DNA of 64,000 bases, from assembly GCA_964608995.1 (NCBI GenBank), contig CAZSQS010000001.1, positions 25,143-89,142 of the forward strand, given 5' to 3'. Source of the DNA: an uncultured Smithella sp. Lineage in GTDB: Bacteria; Desulfobacterota; Syntrophia; Syntrophales; Smithellaceae. A model generated the notes under the pieces. That model was not told the DNA's origin and did no database searches. It saw only the letters and a list, made by a program, of their open reading frames with translations. This document shows, in pieces, positions 20,058-29,261 of this stretch (its first letter is position 1; every line of letters starts with the position of its first letter). A program made the translations under genes and the position numbers.

Positions 20058-21298
20058 TGAAAGAAAAAATGGTTATGAAGCGGCCGAAAAAGTTTTTCTG
20101 GTACGCTCTTTTTATGTTGGCCGTCGTCAGTTTGTTGTTAACATCTACCGTTTACGGGGGAGGAAAGAATAAAATGGAATATCTGTATGATGTCAATGAT
20201 GCAATAACATTAATCCCGCAGGTTTACAAAATGAACTCAAGTTCAAGCCTGTCCCTGTTTCCCGTGCCTTTTGACAATGCCGTGGGCACTAACGATATTG
20301 CCAATGCCGTCACTATCTTCAGTTTTCCCGGCGGGAAGCTGGGCCAAAATAATTATTTCCGCAGAGCCTTAGACGATATTCAGGGTGGTGGAACGTATCT
20401 GCCGGTGATTGCGCAAGACCTGATCGGTTTCGGCCAGACGCGGGTATTTTATCTTTTCAATTTCAAAACCAAAGCAGCTGAGGAATACCGGATTGTTTAT
20501 TCGATTGAGGAAACCATAGAACAAATCGCCATTGCGGATGCCCAGAGCAGGCGCTTTATTTTTGAGATACAGGAAAATAAAAGAGGTTCGGTAGATGCAT
20601 GGGACTTTACTAACAAATTACAGTTGATTGACTTGTTCACTAAAGAAATTAAACTGCTGAAGAAAATAGACATTGGTGTCGGATCAACATGGGCAACAGC
20701 ATATGACAGAGTTTTCTTGTGGTATTTTAAAAAACAGGAAATGCAGGTTCTTGATATGAACTTGGCGGCATCGAATCATCCTTTGGTGGATGCTATCAAA
20801 CGCGTCAAGGATAAAGTTGATTTTTCACGGTTTGCGCTTCCCGCGATGTTGCCCTTTGCCATACTATATGGCGGCGACTATGGTTCAACATATATAAGCT
20901 GGGGGGATGGCAGAGACAAAACGCCAAAATTGTTAATCAGTGGTATCGATCAGGTTTCATTTTCTCCCGACGGCAAGTGGGTATCTTTCCGAAAGTACAT
21001 CAACTCACAGCAGGAAAGAACCTATATCATGCCCATCTCCGAAAAATACCCTAATTATCTGGGATCGCCGATCCTGTTGATGAAAGATTATTTTAATCCC
21101 AAAAACTGCGCCTGGACAACCAACCCCATCAGCTTTGTCGGGTCAGACAGCAAGCTTCATCGTTGGGAACTCACAAAGGTAGCGCAACGATCAATCATGG
21201 GAGAAGATGCCGACAAATTTGATACATTCCACGACTACATCGTCGCGAAAGATTTAGAGAAGCTGACCAAGGAAAAGAAGCAGGGATTGGGAAAATAG
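20057..21298 (+). CDS. N-terminally membrane-anchored/secreted beta-propeller-like protein (TolB/PD40-like repeat); candidate immunity protein
   Basis: Basic N-terminus plus hydrophobic helix (FFWYALFMLAVVSLLLTSTVYG) and the PD40-like SFSPDGKWVSF. The start overlaps the upstream stop (TAATG). Confidence 0.45.
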   Translation: MKEKMVMKRPKKFFWYALFMLAVVSLLLTSTVYGGGKNKMEYLYDVNDAITLIPQVYKMNSSSSLSLFPVPFDNAVGTNDIANAVTIFSFPGGKLGQNNYFRRALDDIQGGGTYLPVIAQDLIGFGQTRVFYLFNFKTKAAEEYRIVYSIEETIEQIAIADAQSRRFIFEIQENKRGSVDAWDFTNKLQLIDLFTKEIKLLKKIDIGVGSTWATAYDRVFLWYFKKQEMQVLDMNLAASNHPLVDAIKRVKDKVDFSRFALPAMLPFAILYGGDYGSTYISWGDGRDKTPKLLISGIDQVSFSPDGKWVSFRKYINSQQERTYIMPISEKYPNYLGSPILLMKDYFNPKNCAWTTNPISFVGSDSKLHRWELTKVAQRSIMGEDADKFDTFHDYIVAKDLEKLTKEKKQGLGK

Positions 21299-21323
21299 AA
21301 AAACAGGATGCGGGGTTAGGGGC

Positions 21324-22088
21324 ATGAGAATATTACTGACGAATGATGACGGGATTTATGCGAGAGGGCTTTCGGCTTTATATGAAGAACTGTCTCAGGA
21401 GGCCCAGTGCCTGATCGTTGCGCCGGAAATTGAGCAAAGCGCGGTGGGGCACGCCATTACGCTGTTTCGTCCCCTGATGGTGCGAAGCGCAACCAAGGGC
21501 GGGCATTTTTTGGGATACGCGGTTTACGGAACGCCCGCCGATTGCGTGAAGATCGGCATCAAGGAACTGGCGGGACAGCTGCCGGACATGGTCATCTCCG
21601 GCATCAACCGTGGCGCCAACTGCGGCAACAATGTGATTTATTCGGGAACGGTTTCCGCCGCAACGGAAGCGGCCATGATGGGGGTTACGTCGCTGGCCAT
21701 ATCGCTGGATACCCATCAGGAAGCGGATTTTTCCTTTGCCGCCAAAACCGCCCGCAAGCTGGTTCACTTTCTTTCTGAGAATTCCGCGCTCTCGGGCGGC
21801 GCGTTTAATGTCAACATTCCCTGCCTGCCGGAGGATCAGATCCGGGGCGTGAGGGTGGTCCGTCAGGGCAGGGCTCGAACTATTGAATCGTTCGAGAAGC
21901 GCGTGGACCCGCGCGACAATGTGTATTACTGGATGTCGGGCGAGAAGGTGACGGCGGGCCATGATACTGAAACGGACATCGGGGCGCTTGCCGAGGGCTT
22001 TGTGACTCTGACGCCCATTCACTATGATCTCACGCGGTATGATCTTCTGGACTCCTTAAAAAACCTGATCGAAAAAAATATTGAATAG
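21324..22088 (+). CDS. surE: 5'/3'-nucleotidase SurE
   Basis: MRILLTNDDGI, GINRGANxG, YSGTVSAA. Confidence 0.93.
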   Translation: MRILLTNDDGIYARGLSALYEELSQEAQCLIVAPEIEQSAVGHAITLFRPLMVRSATKGGHFLGYAVYGTPADCVKIGIKELAGQLPDMVISGINRGANCGNNVIYSGTVSAATEAAMMGVTSLAISLDTHQEADFSFAAKTARKLVHFLSENSALSGGAFNVNIPCLPEDQIRGVRVVRQGRARTIESFEKRVDPRDNVYYWMSGEKVTAGHDTETDIGALAEGFVTLTPIHYDLTRYDLLDSLKNLIEKNIE

Positions 22089-22278
22089 ATTCCAATAGAA
22101 AAACATCTTTGCCGTGAAGACTGTGGCAATGACTCACATCTGTCCCGTTTTCTTGTCCCACGACGGGACAGTGTGAAACATGCATGAAACATATTGTTAA
22201 TAAGCCATATTTCGCGTATTTCCCTATAAGATCAAATAAATAATTATATGCCTACGTTAAAGATTTAGATTGTATGAG

Positions 22279-22294
22279 TGGCATATATTGTGCT
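22279..22294 (+). promoter_or_regulatory. candidate sigma-54 promoter (TGGCAT-N5-GTGCT)
   Basis: GG and GC are at the canonical -24/-12 spacing. 47 nt upstream of the 22341 start, in an AT-rich intergenic region. Confidence 0.45.
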
Positions 22295-22340
22295 TTATTA
22301 ATCACCTAACTGACAAAAATAAATTCCCGGGGGTGCGCAG

Positions 22341-22766
22341 ATGATGAAAGAAAAGCATGTTGAAACCGTTATTTCCGGCATCGAACCCATTGCCCTGATC
22401 ATTCGGGATAAATTCAATGAACCCGGCATTCATTTTTTCACCCCTTCAACATTTTCCCAGCAGCTGGCGGCTATGACGCACCCGGCCGGCCACAAAATTG
22501 CCGCGCACGTTCATAATTTTCTGGCGCGGCAGGTGCTATATACACAGGAAGTGCTCATCATCAAAAAGGGAAAAGTGAAGGTGAACCTGTTTACTTCCGA
22601 GCGCGAATTTATCGAGGCCAAAATTTTGGAAACCGGCGATGTGATTTTGCTTTGCGGCGGAGGCCACTCGGTGGAAATGCTTGAAGAAACAACGATGATC
22701 GAGGTCAAGCAGGGGCCATACGCGGGAGACGGAGACAAAACGCGCTTTGACGAGGTTTGCCCATGA
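22341..22766 (+). CDS. cupin-fold protein (WxcM/FdtA-like sugar-nucleotide-associated cupin?)
   Basis: About 140 aa with a beta-rich cupin pattern (HxH..E..G..). Overlaps the aminotransferase gene by 10 nt. Confidence 0.5.
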   Translation: MMKEKHVETVISGIEPIALIIRDKFNEPGIHFFTPSTFSQQLAAMTHPAGHKIAAHVHNFLARQVLYTQEVLIIKKGKVKVNLFTSEREFIEAKILETGDVILLCGGGHSVEMLEETTMIEVKQGPYAGDGDKTRFDEVCP

Positions 22767-23932
22767 TCCCCGTCAACGAGCCGCTTCTGGGACAAAAGGA
22801 AGTGGACTATGTCAATGAATGCCTGCGTACCGGCTGGATATCGTCCGCCGGCCGGTTTATCGAGGAATTTGAAAACCGCTGGGCCGCCTATTGCGACATG
22901 AAATACGGCGTGGCCATGTCCAACGGCACCACGGCCCTTCAGGCGGCTGTCGGCTGCCTTGGCCTCACGCCGGGCGATCGCGTGATACTGCCGAGCTTCA
23001 CGATTATTTCCTGCGCGCAGGCAGTGGTGTATGCAGGCGGCATTCCCGTTTTGGTGGATTGCGATCCGGAGACCTGGTGCATGGATGTCGATGCGCTTCG
23101 CCGGACGGTGGAGCGGGAAATCGGGAAAGGGGATGGCAAGCTCAAGGCGATTATGCCGGTGCATATTTACGGGCACCCGGTGGACATGGATCCGGTGCGG
23201 GAGATGGCCGTAAAATATCAGCTCAAAATCATTGAAGACGCGGCTGAAGTTCATGGCGCAGAATATTTGACCGGACGAAACACGGCCCATCCGCTCTGGC
23301 GTCGCTGCGGCTCGCTGGGCGATATCAGTGTTTTCAGTTTTTACGCCAACAAACTGATCACCACCGGCGAAGGCGGCATGATCCTCACCAATGATCCGGC
23401 GTATGCCGAAAAGGCGCGAAGTCTGCGCAATCTGTGCTTCAAGCCCGAAAAGCGGTTCTTGCACACCGAACTGGGGCATAACTTCCGCCTGACGAATGTG
23501 CAGGCGGCCATCGGGCTTGCGCAGATGGAACGTATTGATGAAATCGTTGCGGCCAAGCGTTGGATGGGGCAGACTTACACGAAATACTTGCAAGATATCG
23601 ACGCGCTGCAACTGCCCTGCGAAAAATCCTGGGCCAGGCAGGTTTACTGGATGTACAGCGTGGTGATTCACGATGGCGTAGGCCTCGATGCCGCCACGTT
23701 TGCCGCAAAGCTCAAGGCAAAGGGCATTGACACCCGTCCGTTTTTTCTGGGGATGCATGAGCAACCCGCATTTTCCGATTTGGGGCTTTTCCAGAACGAA
23801 CGCTATCCGGTGACGGAACGGATCGCCCGTCAGGGGTTTTATCTTCCCAGCGGGCTCACCATTACGGAAGAACAAATTGAACAAGTTGCCGGCGCCGTGA
23901 AAGCGGTTCTGGCTGAACATCGCAAAAATTAG
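22757..23932 (+). CDS. DegT/DnrJ/EryC1/StrS-family PLP-dependent sugar aminotransferase (ArnB-like)
   Basis: Typical N-terminus (PVNEPLLGQKEVDYVNECLRTGWIS) and FSFYANKLITTGEGGM, which carries the PLP lysine. Confidence 0.9.
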   Translation: MPMIPVNEPLLGQKEVDYVNECLRTGWISSAGRFIEEFENRWAAYCDMKYGVAMSNGTTALQAAVGCLGLTPGDRVILPSFTIISCAQAVVYAGGIPVLVDCDPETWCMDVDALRRTVEREIGKGDGKLKAIMPVHIYGHPVDMDPVREMAVKYQLKIIEDAAEVHGAEYLTGRNTAHPLWRRCGSLGDISVFSFYANKLITTGEGGMILTNDPAYAEKARSLRNLCFKPEKRFLHTELGHNFRLTNVQAAIGLAQMERIDEIVAAKRWMGQTYTKYLQDIDALQLPCEKSWARQVYWMYSVVIHDGVGLDAATFAAKLKAKGIDTRPFFLGMHEQPAFSDLGLFQNERYPVTERIARQGFYLPSGLTITEEQIEQVAGAVKAVLAEHRKN

Positions 23933-24009
23933 TGAACACAACGCAAGCAGGATGATTCAAGCCGAAAGGCTTGCGCGAAATTATCTCTGAAACCGTGTGG
24001 AAGGTCAAA

Positions 24010-24795
24010 ATGGAAAAAACACAAACTGTATTCAACGAGTATGCGCGCTATTATGATCTGCTATACCGCGATAAAGACTACAATGCGGAGGCGGACTATG
24101 TCGCCGGGCTGATCCGGCGCCACCTGCCGAAAGCGTCCTCAATCCTTGAGCTGGGCTCCGGCACGGGCAGGCACGCCAGGCTCCTGGCCGAGCGGGGCTT
24201 TGAGGTTTGCGGCATCGAGCGAAGCGCGGAGATGCTGGCCCGGTCGCAAGAGGTGGCCGCGTCTTTTCAAAAGGATACCGGAGAGGACCGTCTGTCGTTT
24301 TTCCTGGGCGATATCCGCACCACAAGGCAAGACAGGACCTTTGATGCGGTGATTTCGCTTTTCCATGTTCTGAGCTATCAGACCACCAACGCCGATGTCC
24401 AGGCTGCATTCGAGACGGCGAGGCATCATCTGACACCGGGCGGGGTATTTGTGTTTGATCTCTGGTATGGCCCGGCCGTGCTCACCGAGCGTCCGGACGT
24501 CCGGATTAAACGGATGGCGGATGAGAAATCCGCCATCACCCGTCTGGCCGAGCCGGTGTTGATTCCCAATGAAAACCGGGTGGATGTCCACTATACGGTT
24601 TTTGTGCGCAATCTCGAGACGAAGGCGATGGCCGAGCTTACCGAAACGCATGCCATGCGCTATTTCTTCGAACCGGAAATAGCCCTGTGGGCGGATAAAA
24701 CCGGGTTTCGGATTTTAGGCGCCGAGGAGTGGCTGTCGGCCAAGCCCATCGGTCCTGATACGTGGGGCGTCTGTTTTTGTTTGCAGGCGCTGTAG
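24010..24795 (+). CDS. class I SAM-dependent methyltransferase
   Basis: ILELGSGTGRHA motif I. Start placed at the Met at 24010, preceded by GGAAGG (the ORF track starts at 23971). Confidence 0.8.
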   Translation: MEKTQTVFNEYARYYDLLYRDKDYNAEADYVAGLIRRHLPKASSILELGSGTGRHARLLAERGFEVCGIERSAEMLARSQEVAASFQKDTGEDRLSFFLGDIRTTRQDRTFDAVISLFHVLSYQTTNADVQAAFETARHHLTPGGVFVFDLWYGPAVLTERPDVRIKRMADEKSAITRLAEPVLIPNENRVDVHYTVFVRNLETKAMAELTETHAMRYFFEPEIALWADKTGFRILGAEEWLSAKPIGPDTWGVCFCLQAL

Positions 24796-24821
24796 TTCCA
24801 GATCAAAAAGAAAGGTTGTAG

Positions 24822-26762
24822 ATGTCGATGAACGAAAGCAAAGAAAGCCAGCATGAGCCGGAAATCAGCGAATCGGGAAACGCGCCTGTTCAGGACTCGG
24901 GCTTTGCAGCGATTTTTTCCTCAAGGCTTTTCGCCCTGGGACTGGCGCTGGTGTCGCTTGTGTTTATTTCATGCTATGTCTTCTTCTTTACGAATTACCA
25001 GGACTTTCTCTACAGCGACATGGGCGGCTTCTGGTGGCGGGCGATAGAGCGCCTCAAGGGCAACACCTTCGAAATAACGCAATACTGGGCCTGGCCGCCC
25101 GGCTACCATATCTTTCTGGCGGAGCTGTTTCGGGTTTTTCTGTGGCTCGGGCTGGAAAGCCTTATCCGTCCGGAAACGCCGCTTGCGATCAATATCCTGT
25201 TGTATGCGGCGTCCGTCTATGCGCTCACGCGCATTTCGGTGCGCTGGTTTAAAAAGCCTCTGTGGGGCGCCATCACCGTGGGGTTTTACATTTTCGGCTT
25301 TCCGGCCTGGTATCTCAATGCGTTTTTGCTTTCCGGCAATCTGGCGCTGCCTTTGCTGGTCATGGCCGCCTGCCTGCTTTATTGCCGCGAGGACTGGCTG
25401 TCGATTGTTTTAGCGGCGGTTCTTTTTGCCCTGGCGTCCTTCGTCCGTCCGTCGGTGGCCCCCTTCGGTCTGGCCTTCGTCATTTATTTTTTCATCCGCT
25501 GGCGCCCAAGCTTTGCCTTTATCGCCCGCGCCGCCGTCTTTTCCGCCATATTTTTTGCGCTGATTGCCCTGGGCATGGCCGAGGTGTCCCGCATCTCCGG
25601 GGGGCGGGTGTCAGGCCTGTCCGCCAATGGTGGCCTGGATTTTATGCTGTCGAATTCACGCCATCATCGCGTCGATATGTTTTATCAGGGGTATCATTGC
25701 ACAATTGGATTGCCGGCCCTGGCTTTCAAGCCGGAAAAAGGTTATTTCAAAACGAATGTGCCGTTTTGGGATCAGGCGTATTACTATCGGCTCGGCTGGG
25801 AGCATATCCGGCATAACCCCTCGCGGCTGATCAAGAATTTTGAACATGTCTGGGACCTGTTTTTTTCGCCGATGCTGCCTTCCAGAGAAACCCCCGGCTA
25901 CAAGTTTTTCCGTCCGGCGTGGGATATCTTTAAATTTCTGATGTTTCTGTCGATGGGCCTTTACCTGTGGTTTGCCAGGCGTCTTTTGCCGGATGAGCGC
26001 CCGCTTTTCGGCTTTCTGATGAGCGTGATGGGCCTGACGCTCCTGGTGAGTTATCTGTTTTCCGGCGAGCCCCGCTATGGCTATGCGATCATTTTTGTTT
26101 TTTATCTTCTTTTCTTCAAACTGGCCGAAATGCTTTTCGCCAACTTTAAGCGCTGGATAAAGGTATTGCTGATGTATGCCGTGGGGGTTTTGCTTGCCGC
26201 CGGCGGCATTATTGCCATTGTCTATTGGCTGGATTCTTATCCCGCGACGATGAGAATGGATATCCGTCCGCTTGCGACGGCCCCGGGTGGGGAAGTGAAA
26301 CTGACCCAGGACATTTCGCGCCTGTTTTTCCCGTTTGCGCGCCTGGGAGGGATTGCCCATCATGAAACAGGGTATCGTCTGAAAGACCCTGTCCGGGTTT
26401 CCGCACGCACGGAGATGGAGATTGCCGGTTTAGTTCCCCTGAAGATGGATTTTGATATCGTCAGCACCTGGCCTTTTATTGTTCTGATCGATGGCCAGCC
26501 GCTGATTGCCGACGAGAACCCCTATTATGTCGATGGGCCAAAAGCGCCGCCCGATGCCGACAAGGGTTTGGAGCGCAAGGCGTTCATCACGCTGAAACCG
26601 GGGCGCCACACGCTGGAGATGGTTTTTGATTTTGACCGGCTGGAAGGCGGCTATGCCATTAATTATAACTATCCCGGACCCGACGGATGGCTGCACCGTA
26701 AAATGGTGGGTGTCAACTCCGGTCCGGTGAGTTTTCATTTGCCAAAAGGAGCCGCCCCGTGA
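24822..26762 (+). CDS. polytopic GT-C-type membrane glycosyltransferase (ArnT/PMT-like) with C-terminal ~180 aa soluble beta-rich domain
   Basis: More than 10 predicted TM helices, the same architecture as the 27812 paralog (shared GLSANGGLDF / GLGANGGLNF loop), and a non-membrane C-terminal region (26229-26762). Confidence 0.6.
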   Translation: MSMNESKESQHEPEISESGNAPVQDSGFAAIFSSRLFALGLALVSLVFISCYVFFFTNYQDFLYSDMGGFWWRAIERLKGNTFEITQYWAWPPGYHIFLAELFRVFLWLGLESLIRPETPLAINILLYAASVYALTRISVRWFKKPLWGAITVGFYIFGFPAWYLNAFLLSGNLALPLLVMAACLLYCREDWLSIVLAAVLFALASFVRPSVAPFGLAFVIYFFIRWRPSFAFIARAAVFSAIFFALIALGMAEVSRISGGRVSGLSANGGLDFMLSNSRHHRVDMFYQGYHCTIGLPALAFKPEKGYFKTNVPFWDQAYYYRLGWEHIRHNPSRLIKNFEHVWDLFFSPMLPSRETPGYKFFRPAWDIFKFLMFLSMGLYLWFARRLLPDERPLFGFLMSVMGLTLLVSYLFSGEPRYGYAIIFVFYLLFFKLAEMLFANFKRWIKVLLMYAVGVLLAAGGIIAIVYWLDSYPATMRMDIRPLATAPGGEVKLTQDISRLFFPFARLGGIAHHETGYRLKDPVRVSARTEMEIAGLVPLKMDFDIVSTWPFIVLIDGQPLIADENPYYVDGPKAPPDADKGLERKAFITLKPGRHTLEMVFDFDRLEGGYAINYNYPGPDGWLHRKMVGVNSGPVSFHLPKGAAP

Positions 26763-27508
26763 ACCCAGACACGACGACGTCCCCGCCGGTTGCGCTGAGC
26801 ATCGTGCTGCCGACCTACAATGAAAAGGATAACATTATCGTTTTGTTGTCTGAGCTGGAGCAAGTGCTTGCGCTGCCTTGGGAGGCCATTGTGGTCGATG
26901 ACGACTCGCCTGATGAAACCTGGCGGGCGGTGTCGGAATTTGCCGCCACGCGTAAAAATATCCGGCTTTTGCACCGCAAAAATATTCGCGGCCTCACCAG
27001 CGCGCTAAACGATGGTCTGGCGCTCGCGCAGGGAAAATTGGTGATGTGGATGGATGTTGATCTGTCCATGCCGCCGCAAAAGATCCCTGAGCTGTTGCGG
27101 GCCATCGAAGCAGGCGCGGACGTGGCGGTGGGCTCCCGCTACGTCCCCGGTGGCGGCGACGCGCGCGCCGTCAATCCTCTGTTGTCGATCCACTGGCTTT
27201 TGAGCAAAATCCTGAGCATCTTAAGCGGCTGGGCGCTGGGGTGCCGTTTTCGCGACTGGTCCAGCGGCTTTATCGTGATGAAGCGTGAGTTTCTGGAGGG
27301 CTACCGCCTCAGCGGCGATTACGGCGAATATTTCATCGCGCTCATTGTTTATTTAATCAAGACGCGCAAGGCCCGGGTGGTTGAAGTGCCCTACATTCTG
27401 GTCCCGCGTGAGCGTGGCGAATCAAAAACCGCCACCAACCTGTGGGGCTTCATCCGGCGCGGCCGAAAATACCTGAGCATGATCGCCCGCCAGCGTCATA
27501 CCTCTTAG
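26759..27508 (+). CDS. GT2 polyprenyl-phosphate glycosyltransferase (ArnC/DPM1-like)
   Basis: SIVLPTYNEKDNI, VVDDDSPDET, DVDLS. About 250 aa with a C-terminal hydrophobic segment. 4-nt overlap with the upstream gene. Confidence 0.8.
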   Translation: MNPDTTTSPPVALSIVLPTYNEKDNIIVLLSELEQVLALPWEAIVVDDDSPDETWRAVSEFAATRKNIRLLHRKNIRGLTSALNDGLALAQGKLVMWMDVDLSMPPQKIPELLRAIEAGADVAVGSRYVPGGGDARAVNPLLSIHWLLSKILSILSGWALGCRFRDWSSGFIVMKREFLEGYRLSGDYGEYFIALIVYLIKTRKARVVEVPYILVPRERGESKTATNLWGFIRRGRKYLSMIARQRHTS

Positions 27509-27811
27509 GGTAGCCTCCCTTGAAATTCTTTCCATTCTTTGCGTATCCCCGGTAAATAAAAATTGACAAAAACAACAGATGCGGCTAATCAGGCTTCTCG
27601 TTTGACATATATTTGTGGCGTTTTCTTTAGCCACCAACTGAAAACGGAAGGGTTTGCTCGATTGCCGCTCAAATCGAGGGTAAAAGAAAATGGATTTTCT
27701 TGGCAAACAAAAAAGAGCTTTACGGCCGAGGTCTGCTCATGACCGAAGTTCCGGAAAGCGCATGAAACGAAGCGGGGCAGGGCCGCCTGTGGCTTTCCCG
27801 AAGGTCATCCT

Positions 27812-29164
27812 ATGATCCGATCCCTGTGGGGGAAGCTTTCCCGGTTCATTTCGGCCCATCCAGGCTGGTTTCTGTGCCTTTTGTCCTTCGCCGTTACTGT
27901 GGTCTATGTATTTTGCTTTACGGAATACTGGACCTACAACGACGACAGCGACGCGGGCGGTTACTGGTTTCGAGCCATTGCCCGGTTTGAAGGCGAGCAG
28001 TTCTCCGTCGATCAGTGGGTCATCTGGCCGCCGCTGTATCACATTATCCTGTCGTGGCTTTTCTATCCGATCAAGTTTCTCGGGCTCTGGGAACACAACC
28101 TGAGCATCATCATCTTTTTGCAGATTCTCTTGGGCAGCGTCAGCATCTACTTTCTGTATCAACTGCTGGTCCGGATTTTTCATAATAAAAAATTAAGTTT
28201 CGATGTTACCCTCTTCTATGTTTTCACCTATCCGGTTGTGTATCTGTATGCTTTTGTCTTTTCCGAAAATATTGCGCTGCCGCTGTTTATCATCGCGCTG
28301 AGTCTGGTGTTTTGCCATACGGACCAGAAGAAATATCTTTTTATCGCTGGGCTCCTCTTCGGCATCTCCATTGGTGTGCGGCCCGCTTTTGTGCTGTTTG
28401 TTCTTCCGGTGAATTTCTATATTTTTGCCTATCGGCACAAAGGGTGGGCCTGGGGAAACGCCGTGGCCTTCGGCATCGCCTTCACGCTCATTTTTTCGGC
28501 CGTTTCTCTGGAAAACTACCGCATCTCCAACGGCGCGGTGAAGGGCCTGGGCGCAAACGGCGGCCTTAATTTCTTTCTGGGCCAGTGCAAAGTGAGCGAG
28601 GTGAATTCCCGGTTTGACAACTGGTATTATATCATCGGCCCGCCCGGCTATGAGGAATACTATGGCAAACGTGTGTTCAATACCACCCATCCCATGTATG
28701 ATCAGGATTATTTTTATGATTTAGGAAAAAAATGCCTCAAAGAAAGAGATGGCGTGATCTGGGAGAATATCGACAAAATCAAATTTCTGTTCGTGGGGCA
28801 GTTGTTTCCCATTGTGCCGTCGGCGTTTGGCGTCTTGTTCTTTATTCCCATTTTTACGGTGATTATTACAGTTACGGCGATTTTGTCATTTTTCATCTGG
28901 CCGGTTCTCTGGGTGAGAAAATACGACCGCTCGCGGCAAAAAATATTATGGGTCTTCTGGAGTTTTATGTTCCTGACCTTCGTTATGGCGTTTTTCTTCC
29001 ATACCGAGCGCCGCTATATCTACAGCCTGATCTTTGTCATCTACGTCATGTTCTTCAGTGTCTTTGCCATTTCGTGGCCACCGTCGCTGGAGTGGATCCG
29101 TCGCTTTTTAGTTGGATCGCAAGACGGAAAAGATGAAACACAGGACGATACCCGTGCGTCTTGA
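27812..29164 (+). CDS. polytopic GT-C-type membrane glycosyltransferase (ArnT/PMT-like), paralog 2
   Basis: Multiple TM helices. The N-terminal region is collinear with 24822..26762 (YWFRAIARFEGEQFSVDQWVIWPPLYHI vs FWWRAIERLKGNTFEITQYWAWPPGYHI). Confidence 0.6.
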   Translation: MIRSLWGKLSRFISAHPGWFLCLLSFAVTVVYVFCFTEYWTYNDDSDAGGYWFRAIARFEGEQFSVDQWVIWPPLYHIILSWLFYPIKFLGLWEHNLSIIIFLQILLGSVSIYFLYQLLVRIFHNKKLSFDVTLFYVFTYPVVYLYAFVFSENIALPLFIIALSLVFCHTDQKKYLFIAGLLFGISIGVRPAFVLFVLPVNFYIFAYRHKGWAWGNAVAFGIAFTLIFSAVSLENYRISNGAVKGLGANGGLNFFLGQCKVSEVNSRFDNWYYIIGPPGYEEYYGKRVFNTTHPMYDQDYFYDLGKKCLKERDGVIWENIDKIKFLFVGQLFPIVPSAFGVLFFIPIFTVIITVTAILSFFIWPVLWVRKYDRSRQKILWVFWSFMFLTFVMAFFFHTERRYIYSLIFVIYVMFFSVFAISWPPSLEWIRRFLVGSQDGKDETQDDTRAS

Positions 29165-29213
29165 TAGGATTTCCTTGCAATGTCCTTACAGCCGGTTGGT
29201 CCATGTATTGAGT

Positions 29214-29258
29214 CACCTCACGAAAGCGCAGGGCGTTGCCCTGCGCTTTCGTGAGGTG
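29214..29258. terminator. 21-bp perfect stem-loop between convergent genes
   Basis: CACCTCACGAAAGCGCAGGGC-gtt-GCCCTGCGCTTTCGTGAGGTG. No clean T-run on either side. Confidence 0.45.
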
Positions 29259-29261
29259 GAA

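Noticed and set aside
22140-22171. Hairpin CTGTCCCGT-N14-ACGGGACAG after surE as an intrinsic terminator
   Set aside because: A stem is present, but the loop is large and no T-run follows, so it is not listed as a feature. It may still pause or terminate transcription.
22511-23941. 476 aa minus-strand ORF antisense to the cupin/aminotransferase genes
   Set aside because: It is antisense to a DegT-family gene with clear PLP motifs and has typical GC-rich shadow-ORF composition. The same reasoning applies to 9175..10092(-), 37177..38082(-), 56799..57806(-), 35938..36627(-), 41441..42193(-), 25656..26363(-) and 21378..22022(-).
27616-27631. TGGCGTTTTCTTTAGC as a sigma-54 promoter for the second GT-C gene
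   Set aside because: The GC element is displaced by one nt and the -12 context (TTAGC) is poor. It also lies about 180 nt from the start codon.
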